A DNA stretch of 64,000 nt from an uncultured archaeon (lineage in GTDB: Archaea; Asgardarchaeota; Lokiarchaeia; Sigyniarchaeales; SOKP01), in NCBI GenBank assembly GCA_964508365.1, contig CAZDTP010000018.1, forward strand, positions 113 to 64,112. The letters are read 5' to 3'. Position numbers and translations under genes: made by a program. Below are positions 37,484-46,241 of this stretch, piece by piece. The notes under the pieces are model-generated. The model did not search any database. It saw nothing but the letters and a program-made list of their open reading frames with translations, and was not told where the DNA came from. Numbering within the stretch: the first letter of the stretch is position 1; every line of letters starts with the position of its first letter.

Positions 37484-38494
37484 CTATTCGGTTTTAATTT
37501 CGTTCCACCTTGGATAGACACCTCGTTCCATAAAAATTTTATTCGTTTTAGCAATTATTCCTGATTTAGCTTTGTAGATTTTCATGGCTTCCGTTATAGC
37601 TGTACCAAAACCTATTAATTCTTTTTTGAGGGTCATATACACAATTTGCATGTTAGATTGAATTCTTGCATCAATGTAACACACTCCAGCAGAAGCTAAG
37701 TCTGCTCCATGGCATAAAGCGTCTACGGCAGTATCTCTCACATAAATTTTAGGGAGGTGGGATACGATCTTCTCCATAGGAAAAATAATTTTCCTTAAAT
37801 AAGAATCGTCACCCTCATTTCTGTAAATGGTGTAAGCATCTTTTAGATTTTGCAAAGTTATTAAAGTCTCATCTTCTCTGAAATGACCCACCCTCGTTCG
37901 CCTTAACTCCAACATGTGGGCTCCCGAGCATAATGCTTCACCGATATCAAAACAAAATTTTCGAATATACGTACCAGCTTCACATCCAATTTTAAATAAG
38001 ATGTGGTTATTATTTACTTCTAAGATTTTTGCATAGTAAATCTCTCTTACTCTTAATCTTCTCACGACTGAAGATTTAATTGGAGGAGTTTGATAAATTT
38101 TACCTGTAAAAATTTTAAACACTTTTTCAATTTTTTTTATATTTTCGGGTGTATGTAATAGCATAACTCCTACATATTCTTTCCCCGCATACAATAATGC
38201 CGATAGAACCCGAGTGGCTTTACCAAGTGCACAAGGTAATACTCCAGTAACTTTTGGATCTAATGTTCCCCCATGTCCAGCATTATCAGTTTCTATAATT
38301 TTACGAGCCCATGATACTACTTCGTGACTCGTGGGACCGCTCGGTTTATCTAAATTTATAACTCCATATTTTAATAAGTCCTCTATCTTTCTTTTGTAAG
38401 GTTCACATCCATAATCTTCATTAGAAGCATCTTGGGATTTTACAAGTAATTGTTCTGATTCATCAGAAGGCAATCTAAATTCTGAATCTTGCAT
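37484..38494 (-). CDS. cbf5: tRNA/rRNA pseudouridine synthase Cbf5 (H/ACA RNP catalytic subunit) with PUA domain
   Basis: NLDKPSGPTSHEV, catalytic GHGGTLDPKVTG, C-terminal PUA. Confidence 0.9.
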   Translation of the reverse strand: MQDSEFRLPSDESEQLLVKSQDASNEDYGCEPYKRKIEDLLKYGVINLDKPSGPTSHEVVSWARKIIETDNAGHGGTLDPKVTGVLPCALGKATRVLSALLYAGKEYVGVMLLHTPENIKKIEKVFKIFTGKIYQTPPIKSSVVRRLRVREIYYAKILEVNNNHILFKIGCEAGTYIRKFCFDIGEALCSGAHMLELRRTRVGHFREDETLITLQNLKDAYTIYRNEGDDSYLRKIIFPMEKIVSHLPKIYVRDTAVDALCHGADLASAGVCYIDARIQSNMQIVYMTLKKELIGFGTAITEAMKIYKAKSGIIAKTNKIFMERGVYPRWNEIKTE

Positions 38495-38640
38495 ACGGAT
38501 TAACTGTAAAGGATAATATTACGAATTGTAATTCTTGGTGAAATTAATGTTTATCGATTATTGGATTCAAACTAGAAGATGAAAAAGGAATACTTATTTT
38601 TGATTTAAACTCTATTATAATACAGAAATATTGAAAATTG

Positions 38641-38744
38641 CGGGCCATGTGGGAGTTTCGCATTTGCTCTACACGAACAAACATATCGAACCCACGACCT
38701 TCAGGTTAAAAGCCTGCTGCGCTACCTGCCTGCGCTAATGGCCC
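38641..38744 (-). tRNA. tRNA-Lys(UUU) with a 30-nt intron in the T-loop (59/60)
   Basis: Minus-strand read: GGGCCAT TA GCGC AGGCAGGTA GCGC A GCAGG CTTTTAA CCTGA AGGTC GTGGG TTCGAT[30 nt]T CCCAC ATGGCCC G. Intron at 38655-38684. BHB: T-stem, bulge ACT, helix TTCG/CGAA, bulge ATA, helix TGTTTG/CAAATG. The 27:43 pair is G:A. Confidence 0.8.
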
Positions 38745-38892
38745 ATTTCTAAAATTTAGTGTCAAGATTAGATATAAAATGTGGTAAAGTGTTATATACA
38801 TAAAAATGTAATAGATCAAATCTATTATAATTTATAACTTTTTCTGTAATCATCTATGTAGTACCTTATGTGAATGATTTCCCTAAGTTAAA

Positions 38893-39909
38893 TTACTTGA
38901 AATGTTCATAGCCTTGACTTTTTAGGTCAAACCTTTTGTCTTTTTTTAAAAAATAGATTTTCTCGTCAGAAATTGCTTTTCCAATATTAAATAGCCTTCC
39001 TCCTTTAGATATTACTAACTTTTGAGCTTTATCAAAGTCGTCGGGATCAATTGCAAATAGATGAATGAATTCCTCTCCCCCTTCAAAAATCAATTTTTCT
39101 AACGATATAGAAAATTCTTTTGAATATTCCCTAGCTTTTTCGTGAATTAAATTTTCATTGAAATTTATTTCAAAGCCCAAATTAGGATTAGATAAAGTTA
39201 AGTCTTTTAAAGTTTTTGATAAACCATCAGAAGAGTCTATACTAGCTGTAGCTAATTTATTATCCGCTAGAATATAAGCTTCTTTTCCCAAGTCGTTTGG
39301 TTCCAGAACACTATTGATTGCCCCAAGATATTTTGGGCAGTCTTTAATGTTCACATCTCTGTGTAAGAGGATATCAAAACCTACACCTGTTAAGCCAAAT
39401 TTGTTGTTAATTGCTAGTATATCCCCCGGGTTTATACCTTTCCGATATATTATCTCTTTAGGATTCTTAAAACCAAATACAGTTGGATTTATGATAATCT
39501 CTTTAGATGTGTTAAGATCGCCCCCAAGATAATTAAGATTCCATTTATTCGAGTAATCGACAATACCCTCTATTAATCGTTTAAAATTTAATACAGGTAA
39601 ATCATTAGGAAGCCCTAGCGAAACTATAATACCTTCTGGTTTTACTCCCTTAACAACAAGATCGCTAAGATTCATGAGAACAGCCTTAAGTCCCATTTGA
39701 TAGAAATCCATTTGTTTTGGAGCATCAGTTGTAGCGTTAAACATGTCTGAGTTAAGAACAAGGCAATCTCCTTCTTTTTGGTATTTATTTTTAAAAAAAA
39801 AAGAATCGTCTCTTCGTAACCTTTTACCTGTTTTGCTATAAATTACCCCATCTATTAATTCAATTAGTCCAGATTCACCGTAAAAACTAATATTTTCGTT
39901 CTGTTTCAT
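38893..39909 (-). CDS. thiL: Thiamine-monophosphate kinase-like (PurM/AIR-synthase-related superfamily)
   Basis: N-terminal GESGLI...DDSFF and D.F...TD....MD...G.KAV..N.SD, a ThiL-like layout. Confidence 0.55.
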   Translation of the reverse strand: MKQNENISFYGESGLIELIDGVIYSKTGKRLRRDDSFFFKNKYQKEGDCLVLNSDMFNATTDAPKQMDFYQMGLKAVLMNLSDLVVKGVKPEGIIVSLGLPNDLPVLNFKRLIEGIVDYSNKWNLNYLGGDLNTSKEIIINPTVFGFKNPKEIIYRKGINPGDILAINNKFGLTGVGFDILLHRDVNIKDCPKYLGAINSVLEPNDLGKEAYILADNKLATASIDSSDGLSKTLKDLTLSNPNLGFEINFNENLIHEKAREYSKEFSISLEKLIFEGGEEFIHLFAIDPDDFDKAQKLVISKGGRLFNIGKAISDEKIYFLKKDKRFDLKSQGYEHFK

Positions 39910-39961
39910 TAGTAAAATTTTATAATTTTCTAAACTTTATAATTTCTATATTAGTTCGTTT

Positions 39962-40051
39962 GCCTTTGTGGCTTAGTCGTAGAGCGACTGATTCGTAAAA
40001 TTTTCGATTCGAATCATCAGTAGGTCGGGGGTTCAAATCCCCCCAAAGGCT
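39962..40051 (+). tRNA. tRNA-Thr(CGU) with canonical 18-nt intron (37/38)
   Basis: GCCTTTG TG GCTT AGTCGTA GAGC G ACTGA TTCGTA[AAATTTTCGATTCGAATC]A TCAGT AGGTC GGGGG TTCAAAT CCCCC CAAAGGC T. Intron at 39998-40015. BHB central helix TTCG/CGAA, bulges TAA and TCA. Confidence 0.85.
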
Positions 40052-40055
40052 CTCG

Positions 40056-41138
40056 TTAAAAGTCTTGAGTTTCAATAAATTTGTTAATTATTTGTAAAGC
40101 AAGCATTTTGAAGGCATCATTTATATTTTCTCCTGTTTTAGCGGAGGTTTCGATATAAGTCAATGTCAATTTTTGCGCTAATGCCTCTCCCTCGTCGCGA
40201 GACACTACTCTCTCAGACTCTAAATCTATTTTATTTCCCACTAAAATGAGTGCAATATCAGGAGACGCTTTATTAATCTCAATATACCAATTTTTATCTA
40301 TATTTTCGAAACTAGATCGATTAGTTACGTCATAAACTAAAATACCCGCTTCGGCGTTAGCTAAATACGACTGTCTAACGCGTTTAAACTGAGCTTGGCC
40401 GGCTAAATCCCATATTACGAACCTTACAATGCTTTCAAGTTCTTTAAACGTACACTCTTTCTTCATAATAGAAGTTCCAATAGTGGATTTATAATCAGTT
40501 GCAAACTCATTTTCAACATATCTATGCACCATACTCGTTTTACCTACTGCACCGTCACCTCCTAGAATTAACTTAAAGGCATATTCTCCTGATTTGATTT
40601 TAACTTTTTGAAATGTATCCAGTTTTCGCTGAACATTATTAGCACCCCTTTCTGTAATTAATTTAGGTATAACGGGACTTACAGGTCTACCGTCAAAAAT
40701 TCTCGCGATCTTTTCAGCAGCCAAATAAGCGTAAGGGAAAACAGAATCAACACCTGCTATAGCATCCATTACAGTAACTAAAACTGCTTCTGGACCAGAT
40801 TCGCAGAATATGAACCTATAATCTTCTGTATCGAAGGTTCCCGTTCCAAAAGATCCTGAACTAAATTCTTCAGTAATTCTAGTTAAAACTGGTTCTACTA
40901 ACGCACTTACTCCACCGATTATTTCTTCGTCAAGTGATTTTTCCGAAGACCCTACTAAAGAATCCATGATCAATCCATCTCTATTTACTACGAGGGCGGC
41001 AACTAAATTATCACCAATGCTCTGCTTGTACCACTGTAGTAACGCTCCTAACTTTTTTGTATCGACTGACAATCTCTTATAACATCTTTTTTTTGTATTA
41101 AATAGCACTATAATACTAATATGTAAATATTCTTGCAT
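40056..41138 (-). CDS. Roadblock/LC7 (MglB-like) domain fused to a Ras/Rab-like small GTPase domain
   Basis: N-terminal half LVAALVVNRDGLIMDSL...GGVSALVEPV...AVLVTVMD is roadblock-like. C-terminal half has GDGAVGKTS, WDLAGQ, GNKIDL, SAKTG. The true start may be TTG near 41072, which is preceded by a TATA-like ATTTAATA. Confidence 0.75.
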   Translation of the reverse strand: MQEYLHISIIVLFNTKKRCYKRLSVDTKKLGALLQWYKQSIGDNLVAALVVNRDGLIMDSLVGSSEKSLDEEIIGGVSALVEPVLTRITEEFSSGSFGTGTFDTEDYRFIFCESGPEAVLVTVMDAIAGVDSVFPYAYLAAEKIARIFDGRPVSPVIPKLITERGANNVQRKLDTFQKVKIKSGEYAFKLILGGDGAVGKTSMVHRYVENEFATDYKSTIGTSIMKKECTFKELESIVRFVIWDLAGQAQFKRVRQSYLANAEAGILVYDVTNRSSFENIDKNWYIEINKASPDIALILVGNKIDLESERVVSRDEGEALAQKLTLTYIETSAKTGENINDAFKMLALQIINKFIETQDF

Positions 41139-41213
41139 AAAAATTTTTTTACTATAAAAAAGTAAGAACGAACTGGTTAGACGATTGCATCAAAGAAAAA
41201 AACGCCGAGAACT

Positions 41214-42011
41214 TCAATCACCCTTAAAAATTGGTTTTCTCTTCTCTAAGAACGCATTAATACCTTCTTGAAAATCTTTAGTTCCAGCACAAATTTTTAT
41301 CTTTTCAGATTCATTTTTTAAATGTGATATAAGATCACTATTATAGGAATTATTTAACAAATCTTTAATATTTTGATAAGCGATTGTAGGACCTTGGCTT
41401 ATTTTTAATGCAATTTTATTTATTTCACTTAGGAAATCTTTTTCATCTGAAATAGTCATCGATACTAACCCAGAATTCTTTGCTTCTTTTGCTGTAATTG
41501 TTCGATTTAAGAGAATCATTTCTGTTGCTAAGGATAAACCTACTAATTTTGGCAAGTGATAAGAAGTTGAAGAATCAGGAGACAATCCAATCCCTGCGAA
41601 GGCAGCTCCAAATTTTGCGCTATCACAGCAGATTCTTATATCACAGCTACAAGCGTAACCGAGAGACGCTCCAAAACATGGACCATTGATAGCCGCTAAA
41701 GAGGGAACGCGCAAATCATTCAATAATGTTATCCCTTCGTGTAATTTATCTGCTAGTTTACCCATAAACTCTTGGGGTGCCTTGGCTTCTTTAAATTCCT
41801 TTATATCGCCCCCCACCGAAAAATTTTTTCCCATTCCCGTGATAATAAGGCATTTTAACGATTTAAACGATTTCAAATCATTAATAGCTAAACAGAATTC
41901 ACTTACAAGTTTAAAATTAAAAGCGTTCATTGATTTTGGTCTGTTAAAATAAAGGGTTACGATCCCATTGGATTCTTCTAACTCAATTTTAATATTTTCG
42001 TAATCAAACAT
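41214..42011 (-). CDS. Enoyl-CoA hydratase/isomerase (crotonase) family
   Basis: NRPKSMNAF, FSVGGDIKEF, AAINGPCFGA. Start chosen at internal ATG (MFDYENIK...). Confidence 0.8.
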   Translation of the reverse strand: MFDYENIKIELEESNGIVTLYFNRPKSMNAFNFKLVSEFCLAINDLKSFKSLKCLIITGMGKNFSVGGDIKEFKEAKAPQEFMGKLADKLHEGITLLNDLRVPSLAAINGPCFGASLGYACSCDIRICCDSAKFGAAFAGIGLSPDSSTSYHLPKLVGLSLATEMILLNRTITAKEAKNSGLVSMTISDEKDFLSEINKIALKISQGPTIAYQNIKDLLNNSYNSDLISHLKNESEKIKICAGTKDFQEGINAFLEKRKPIFKGD

Positions 42012-42159
42012 AAAAATCATTTCAAAAAAAGTACTTAAATGATTAAAGAATCTAAACAAATAAAATTTTTAACATTTCATTAATTTAATTCGATTAAAAC
42101 AAGTTTTATTTGTATTTAAGTCTTATAAAGAAATATAACATTATAACTCGTAATATCAA

Positions 42160-42277
42160 GCAGGAGTTGCCAAGCCTGGTCTACGGCGCTAGATTGAGGT
42201 TCTAGTGACATAGGTCTTCGTGGGTTCGAATTCGTTTAACGCCTTGACGGCATCGATTGAAATTCCCACCTCCTGCA
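42160..42277 (+). tRNA. tRNA-Leu(GAG), class II, with a 33-nt intron in the T-loop (59/60)
   Basis: GCAGGAG TT GCC..GGC G CTAGA TTGAGGT TCTAG [variable arm TGACATAGGTCTTC] GTGGG TTCGAA[33 nt]T CCCAC CTCCTGC A. Intron at 42231-42263. Splicing restores the canonical T-loop TTCGAAT. BHB-like, with central helix TTCG/TGAA. Confidence 0.8.
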
Positions 42278-42538
42278 TCTATTTTAATTATAAGAGCAAA
42301 ATATAAAAAAAAAAGATTTCTTAGATTAATTGTTTACTTAGTTTTAAGTTAATTTCAGAGAGTAAAAAGTGGTAATAATAAGTTTAAGATAACAACATAA
42401 AAATGTGACTGTAATTTTAGGCTTAAATTAGTAGGATCCTCACGCTACACACCCGAAAAATGCAGTCCTGAAAATTTGAACGGTTGTTTAGATATCTGTC
42501 ACGATACGATAAGAACAATCGACTCATCTAAGCGTAAC

Positions 42539-45500
42539 TTAAAAGAAATTTGATAATTTTTGTTGCTTTATTTTAGGATTATTCGTAAGACTTTCAACAT
42601 ATTCTTTTACTAGTTCCATTCGTTGTATAGTATAAGCGTCCAAATTAAAATCTCTGCTAATTTTTATAGCCTTTGGTATATATTTTTCAATTCCACCGCG
42701 GTTGACTGTCAATATAACATTGCCTCCACATTTTGGACACTTTCCCGCATTTGAGAGGGGTGGACGTCTATATTTCTCGTTACATTTCACGCACCTAAAA
42801 TGCTGTACAGAAAATTTTCTTAGGTTTCCCATTATATCGGGATTAAAGTGTGTTGTCAAAATCTTCTCAGCAACATTTTTATCGTTGACTGCTTTTATAA
42901 TTTTAGCTAGGTGCAGTTGCGCGTTTATCTTTTCTTCCATACTTGCATAGGTCTTATACGCTGTTGTTGTAGGACCGTTGTTAATATCGTTGGTTGGTAT
43001 GTTGAAACCCAGATTTTCGTACTGCGCTTGTGTCCCTAACCGGCTTTTCACTAAATACATTTTCTTTTCTATCTCAAATGGCATAAGATATTCCTGTGTA
43101 GCTGTATAGAACTCTAAAGGATATTTAAATAATGTATCGATATTATGAGCTTCACTATCGATTTCATTAGGGTCTAATATCGAGGATATCACCAAAGTAG
43201 CGTCCATTCTACCTCCTATTTTGCTTGGTAAATAATACCTCGAAAAATTTAACAAAGGATCTAAAAGAAGCATAATCCCATCTTCATCCCCATCGCAGTT
43301 TCGACGTTTGGCTGCATGCCAAAAGGGGTGGGCGTAGATCGAACGTGCCGGCGAAAAGCCAATGATTCTACCGACAATTCCCGCGCTTGTATGAGGAGCA
43401 AGTCCTACAACTAAATGCCCAATTAAGTCTTCTCTCTTAGTAACATTGTAAAATTTGTCAAGATTATAAAATAATTCTAATTCATCATCAATGAAATTAG
43501 CGATTTTAATAAAATATTTAGCGCAATCGTCTGAAAGAATGACATCTTGCACATTTAGCTCTACAATCTGATTTTCGTTATTTAATTCGTTAGATTTATA
43601 ATCAAATTCATATCCCAATTCATTTAACCTGTTTACAGGAGTTGTAATTTCTATAGGTTTGAAATGAGTTAATGGAATATCCGTTGCGTCGTATCGAATT
43701 TCTGCGGTTTTGTATACAAGTAACTCATGCTTAGCCCTAAGAATTCCCTTCATTAGCGGCTCAGGGACTTTAAATTGATTTGTTAATCCAATAATTCCTT
43801 TAAATTTGTTTGGTAAAGACATATTTAAAGAGTTGAGTACTGTTTTTGAATAATTTTGCATATTAAAAGAAGCTTCCTTAGAGAGCTTTAATAAGCCTCC
43901 GCATCGCTGGCACTTTTCTTCGTTTTTAGGGTAGTACATATTACATTTTGGACATATTTTTTGAAATTCAGTATGAGATCCACATTTAGGACATAGATTA
44001 AATGGTGTAATGGATGCACAATCTGGACATTTCTTTCTACATATATCAATTTTAATTTTTCCCAGATCTATCGCCTTCTGCACTAATCTTGTATTACCAA
44101 CTTTATCACTGAGAGGAAATAAGCTTTGAATGCCTTTCATGCTTTTTCTTTCAGATTTCTCAGGGCGTCCCATGCGAGTTCCCATAAAGTAAGGAGCTTT
44201 ATTTCTAATTTCAATGGGAGAAATGCTTGAAAAATAATTGAAAACGTTGTTTTCATTTTTCCCATCAATAAATTCCTTATGGCTTAAATTGAATATAGTT
44301 TCGTATATTTCTGTCGTTGCATCGTCTAGAATAATACAATTTTCATTAACTGTATGAGGAACAAATGCTCTTTCTAAAATATCCTTAATGGCAGTTCTAT
44401 TTTTTAAATTTATTTTCTTAGTCTTATTATCATAATCCTCGGTTAAAGCTTCTCTTAAAGTACTCAAATCACCTACAGAAATGTTCCCCCAAAAATCAGT
44501 GTACTTAGGATGCAAGGGCACAGAAAATTTATTTGCCAAATTGATCGCCTCTTTTGCTGAGGGAATGTTATTAAAAGGATCTTCGATAAATTTATTCAAT
44601 TCCTTGCTCGATCTTTGTTCAATTTTTAATGCTTCCTCTAACTCTAAAGCCCACCATTCTTCAACATAACCAGATGGAACCAGTTTATGGTTGTTTTCGG
44701 AAAATTCCCCAAATCCAAAGAGAATATCTCCTAGAAAAAGAATTTCTTTTATGTTATGAAAGATCTCTGTTGCCTTTTTTGCGCTCGAAATCCTTACCAC
44801 GTTTCCATTTTTGAGTTTTACTATAGGTGGTTCTATCGAGGACACAGGACAAATACTGGTACTTTTTCCAGGTCTTTCAATTCTCAATTGTGTTCCAATT
44901 GCTATAAAACCATCTAAAACAGACATAGTGGCTGGGTGCAATCCCCCCGCAGCTAATCCAGTATTGCGCGATCTTCCATAACGTATTCTATGGCCGCCAA
45001 TTTTGGACGGATGACTAAAAACTGGTCTACCAGCGATAATATCAGAAACATATTTAGAGTTAGGTGTAATTTTAATAGTAGATGTGCTCTCTAAATCATC
45101 TGTTTTCTTTACTTTATCTTCCTTTTGTGCGATATCTTTTAGTTTTCCTAACCAATTCCAACCTTCTAATTTCATGTTTTGAGCAATTTTAAGAAGTTTT
45201 GGAGCTTTAAGTAATATCCCATCGTTTAGTACCAAACAAGCACCTCCTCGAATTTTGTTCGTTTCGATTCTTGGTAATCCTCTAAACGCTGATACTTCTT
45301 CATCTTCAGTAGAGTCTCCGTTTATTTCAACAGGTAAATGCTCTATAGCGTATCGAATTTCATCGTTAGATGATGGATATTGTAAATGAACTCTCCGATC
45401 GTATAGTTTGACCTCTTCTACATATCGTCCAATTTCCCCTTCAGTGGCTACATATTTTGGAATATTTGATCGTTTCCTAACATAATCTGCAATCAAAACG

Positions 45501-45973
45501 CATAAAGCGGCTGTAGTGCCTCCAGCAGCCCTAATCGGCCCTGCAAAATATAAAGATAAGTATTTATTGTTGTGTTGATCTTCACGTATTAATATTTTTG
45601 AAATACCTTCAAGGGGAGCGCTAACGACACCCATAGTTTTTATTGCAAGACCCACCCGGATAGCTCTTTCAACCCTTTCCTCTAACGATTCAATTTTTCC
45701 TATTTTTTGGCTCAGAATGTCAGAAACTACTTGAAACACAATCTCATCTTCGTTTTTTCCTTGATTTTTTAAAACTCTTATAACATCAGCGACGCCCTTT
45801 GGTCCTACAAGCTTTTCTACTCTTCCTGCTAAATCTTTAGCTTGAGGAGATTCTACAAAAGTTTCAGGATCAAGTCCCTTTTTACGAGCTTTTTCTGCAA
45901 TTTCGTAGCATTTATCAACATCTCTTTGCAACAGAGAAAAGTAGTCTTCCATCTTCTTACTCATTTCTACCAT
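42539..45973 (-). CDS. dp2: DNA polymerase II (PolD) large catalytic subunit DP2
   Basis: 1144 aa. Multiple CxxC zinc modules (CPDC..CPKCG, CPKC..CQRCG, CVKC...CPKCGG) and DP2-type conserved blocks (GRPEKS, LLDPLLNFS). No intein apparent. Confidence 0.9.
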   Translation of the reverse strand: MVEMSKKMEDYFSLLQRDVDKCYEIAEKARKKGLDPETFVESPQAKDLAGRVEKLVGPKGVADVIRVLKNQGKNEDEIVFQVVSDILSQKIGKIESLEERVERAIRVGLAIKTMGVVSAPLEGISKILIREDQHNNKYLSLYFAGPIRAAGGTTAALCVLIADYVRKRSNIPKYVATEGEIGRYVEEVKLYDRRVHLQYPSSNDEIRYAIEHLPVEINGDSTEDEEVSAFRGLPRIETNKIRGGACLVLNDGILLKAPKLLKIAQNMKLEGWNWLGKLKDIAQKEDKVKKTDDLESTSTIKITPNSKYVSDIIAGRPVFSHPSKIGGHRIRYGRSRNTGLAAGGLHPATMSVLDGFIAIGTQLRIERPGKSTSICPVSSIEPPIVKLKNGNVVRISSAKKATEIFHNIKEILFLGDILFGFGEFSENNHKLVPSGYVEEWWALELEEALKIEQRSSKELNKFIEDPFNNIPSAKEAINLANKFSVPLHPKYTDFWGNISVGDLSTLREALTEDYDNKTKKINLKNRTAIKDILERAFVPHTVNENCIILDDATTEIYETIFNLSHKEFIDGKNENNVFNYFSSISPIEIRNKAPYFMGTRMGRPEKSERKSMKGIQSLFPLSDKVGNTRLVQKAIDLGKIKIDICRKKCPDCASITPFNLCPKCGSHTEFQKICPKCNMYYPKNEEKCQRCGGLLKLSKEASFNMQNYSKTVLNSLNMSLPNKFKGIIGLTNQFKVPEPLMKGILRAKHELLVYKTAEIRYDATDIPLTHFKPIEITTPVNRLNELGYEFDYKSNELNNENQIVELNVQDVILSDDCAKYFIKIANFIDDELELFYNLDKFYNVTKREDLIGHLVVGLAPHTSAGIVGRIIGFSPARSIYAHPFWHAAKRRNCDGDEDGIMLLLDPLLNFSRYYLPSKIGGRMDATLVISSILDPNEIDSEAHNIDTLFKYPLEFYTATQEYLMPFEIEKKMYLVKSRLGTQAQYENLGFNIPTNDINNGPTTTAYKTYASMEEKINAQLHLAKIIKAVNDKNVAEKILTTHFNPDIMGNLRKFSVQHFRCVKCNEKYRRPPLSNAGKCPKCGGNVILTVNRGGIEKYIPKAIKISRDFNLDAYTIQRMELVKEYVESLTNNPKIKQQKLSNFF

Positions 45974-46241
45974 AATACTGTCCGTACGTTGATAAGATAA
46001 TTAATCTTATTGTTGAAAATTAGGTTACATAATGTAAAATTTTTAGGTTCAAAATAAAATGTATTATTAATAGGTTAGTTGAATCGTACTATTTGAATTT
46101 GAAGAGATTTAAAGTTTTTGATAAAAGTATGAGAATTAGTATGCCCTCCTAATTATTATAAACATTGTTTAATCATTAATAATAAACAATTTATCTTTAT
46201 CTTTTAATAAATATAATAATTCTATCAAGGGAGATTCAGAC

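Noticed and set aside
36829-37554. Full-length 241-aa version of the methyltransferase ORF
   Set aside because: The first 29 codons overlap the cbf5 3' end and encode a basic, non-conserved-looking peptide. The internal ATG at 37467 gives a normal methyltransferase N-terminus.
38495-38892. Search for H/ACA or C/D box sRNAs flanking cbf5 and tRNA-Lys. Other long spacers were checked too (17035-17439, 25104-25510, 42278-42538).
   Set aside because: I found no RUGAUGA...CUGA box pair at the right spacing and no ACA-terminated double hairpin. A manual scan cannot exclude them.
38641-42277. Three tRNA genes within 3.7 kb, considered as the border of a possible integrated element
   Set aside because: The genes between and beside the tRNAs are ordinary (ThiL-like, GTPase, crotonase, PolD). 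There is no integrase and no direct repeat of a tRNA 3' end.
45974-46241. DP2/DP1 divergent spacer, considered as an alternative origin
   Set aside because: It is AT-rich but contains no TTCCAC-type ORB-like element. It is more simply explained as a bidirectional promoter region.
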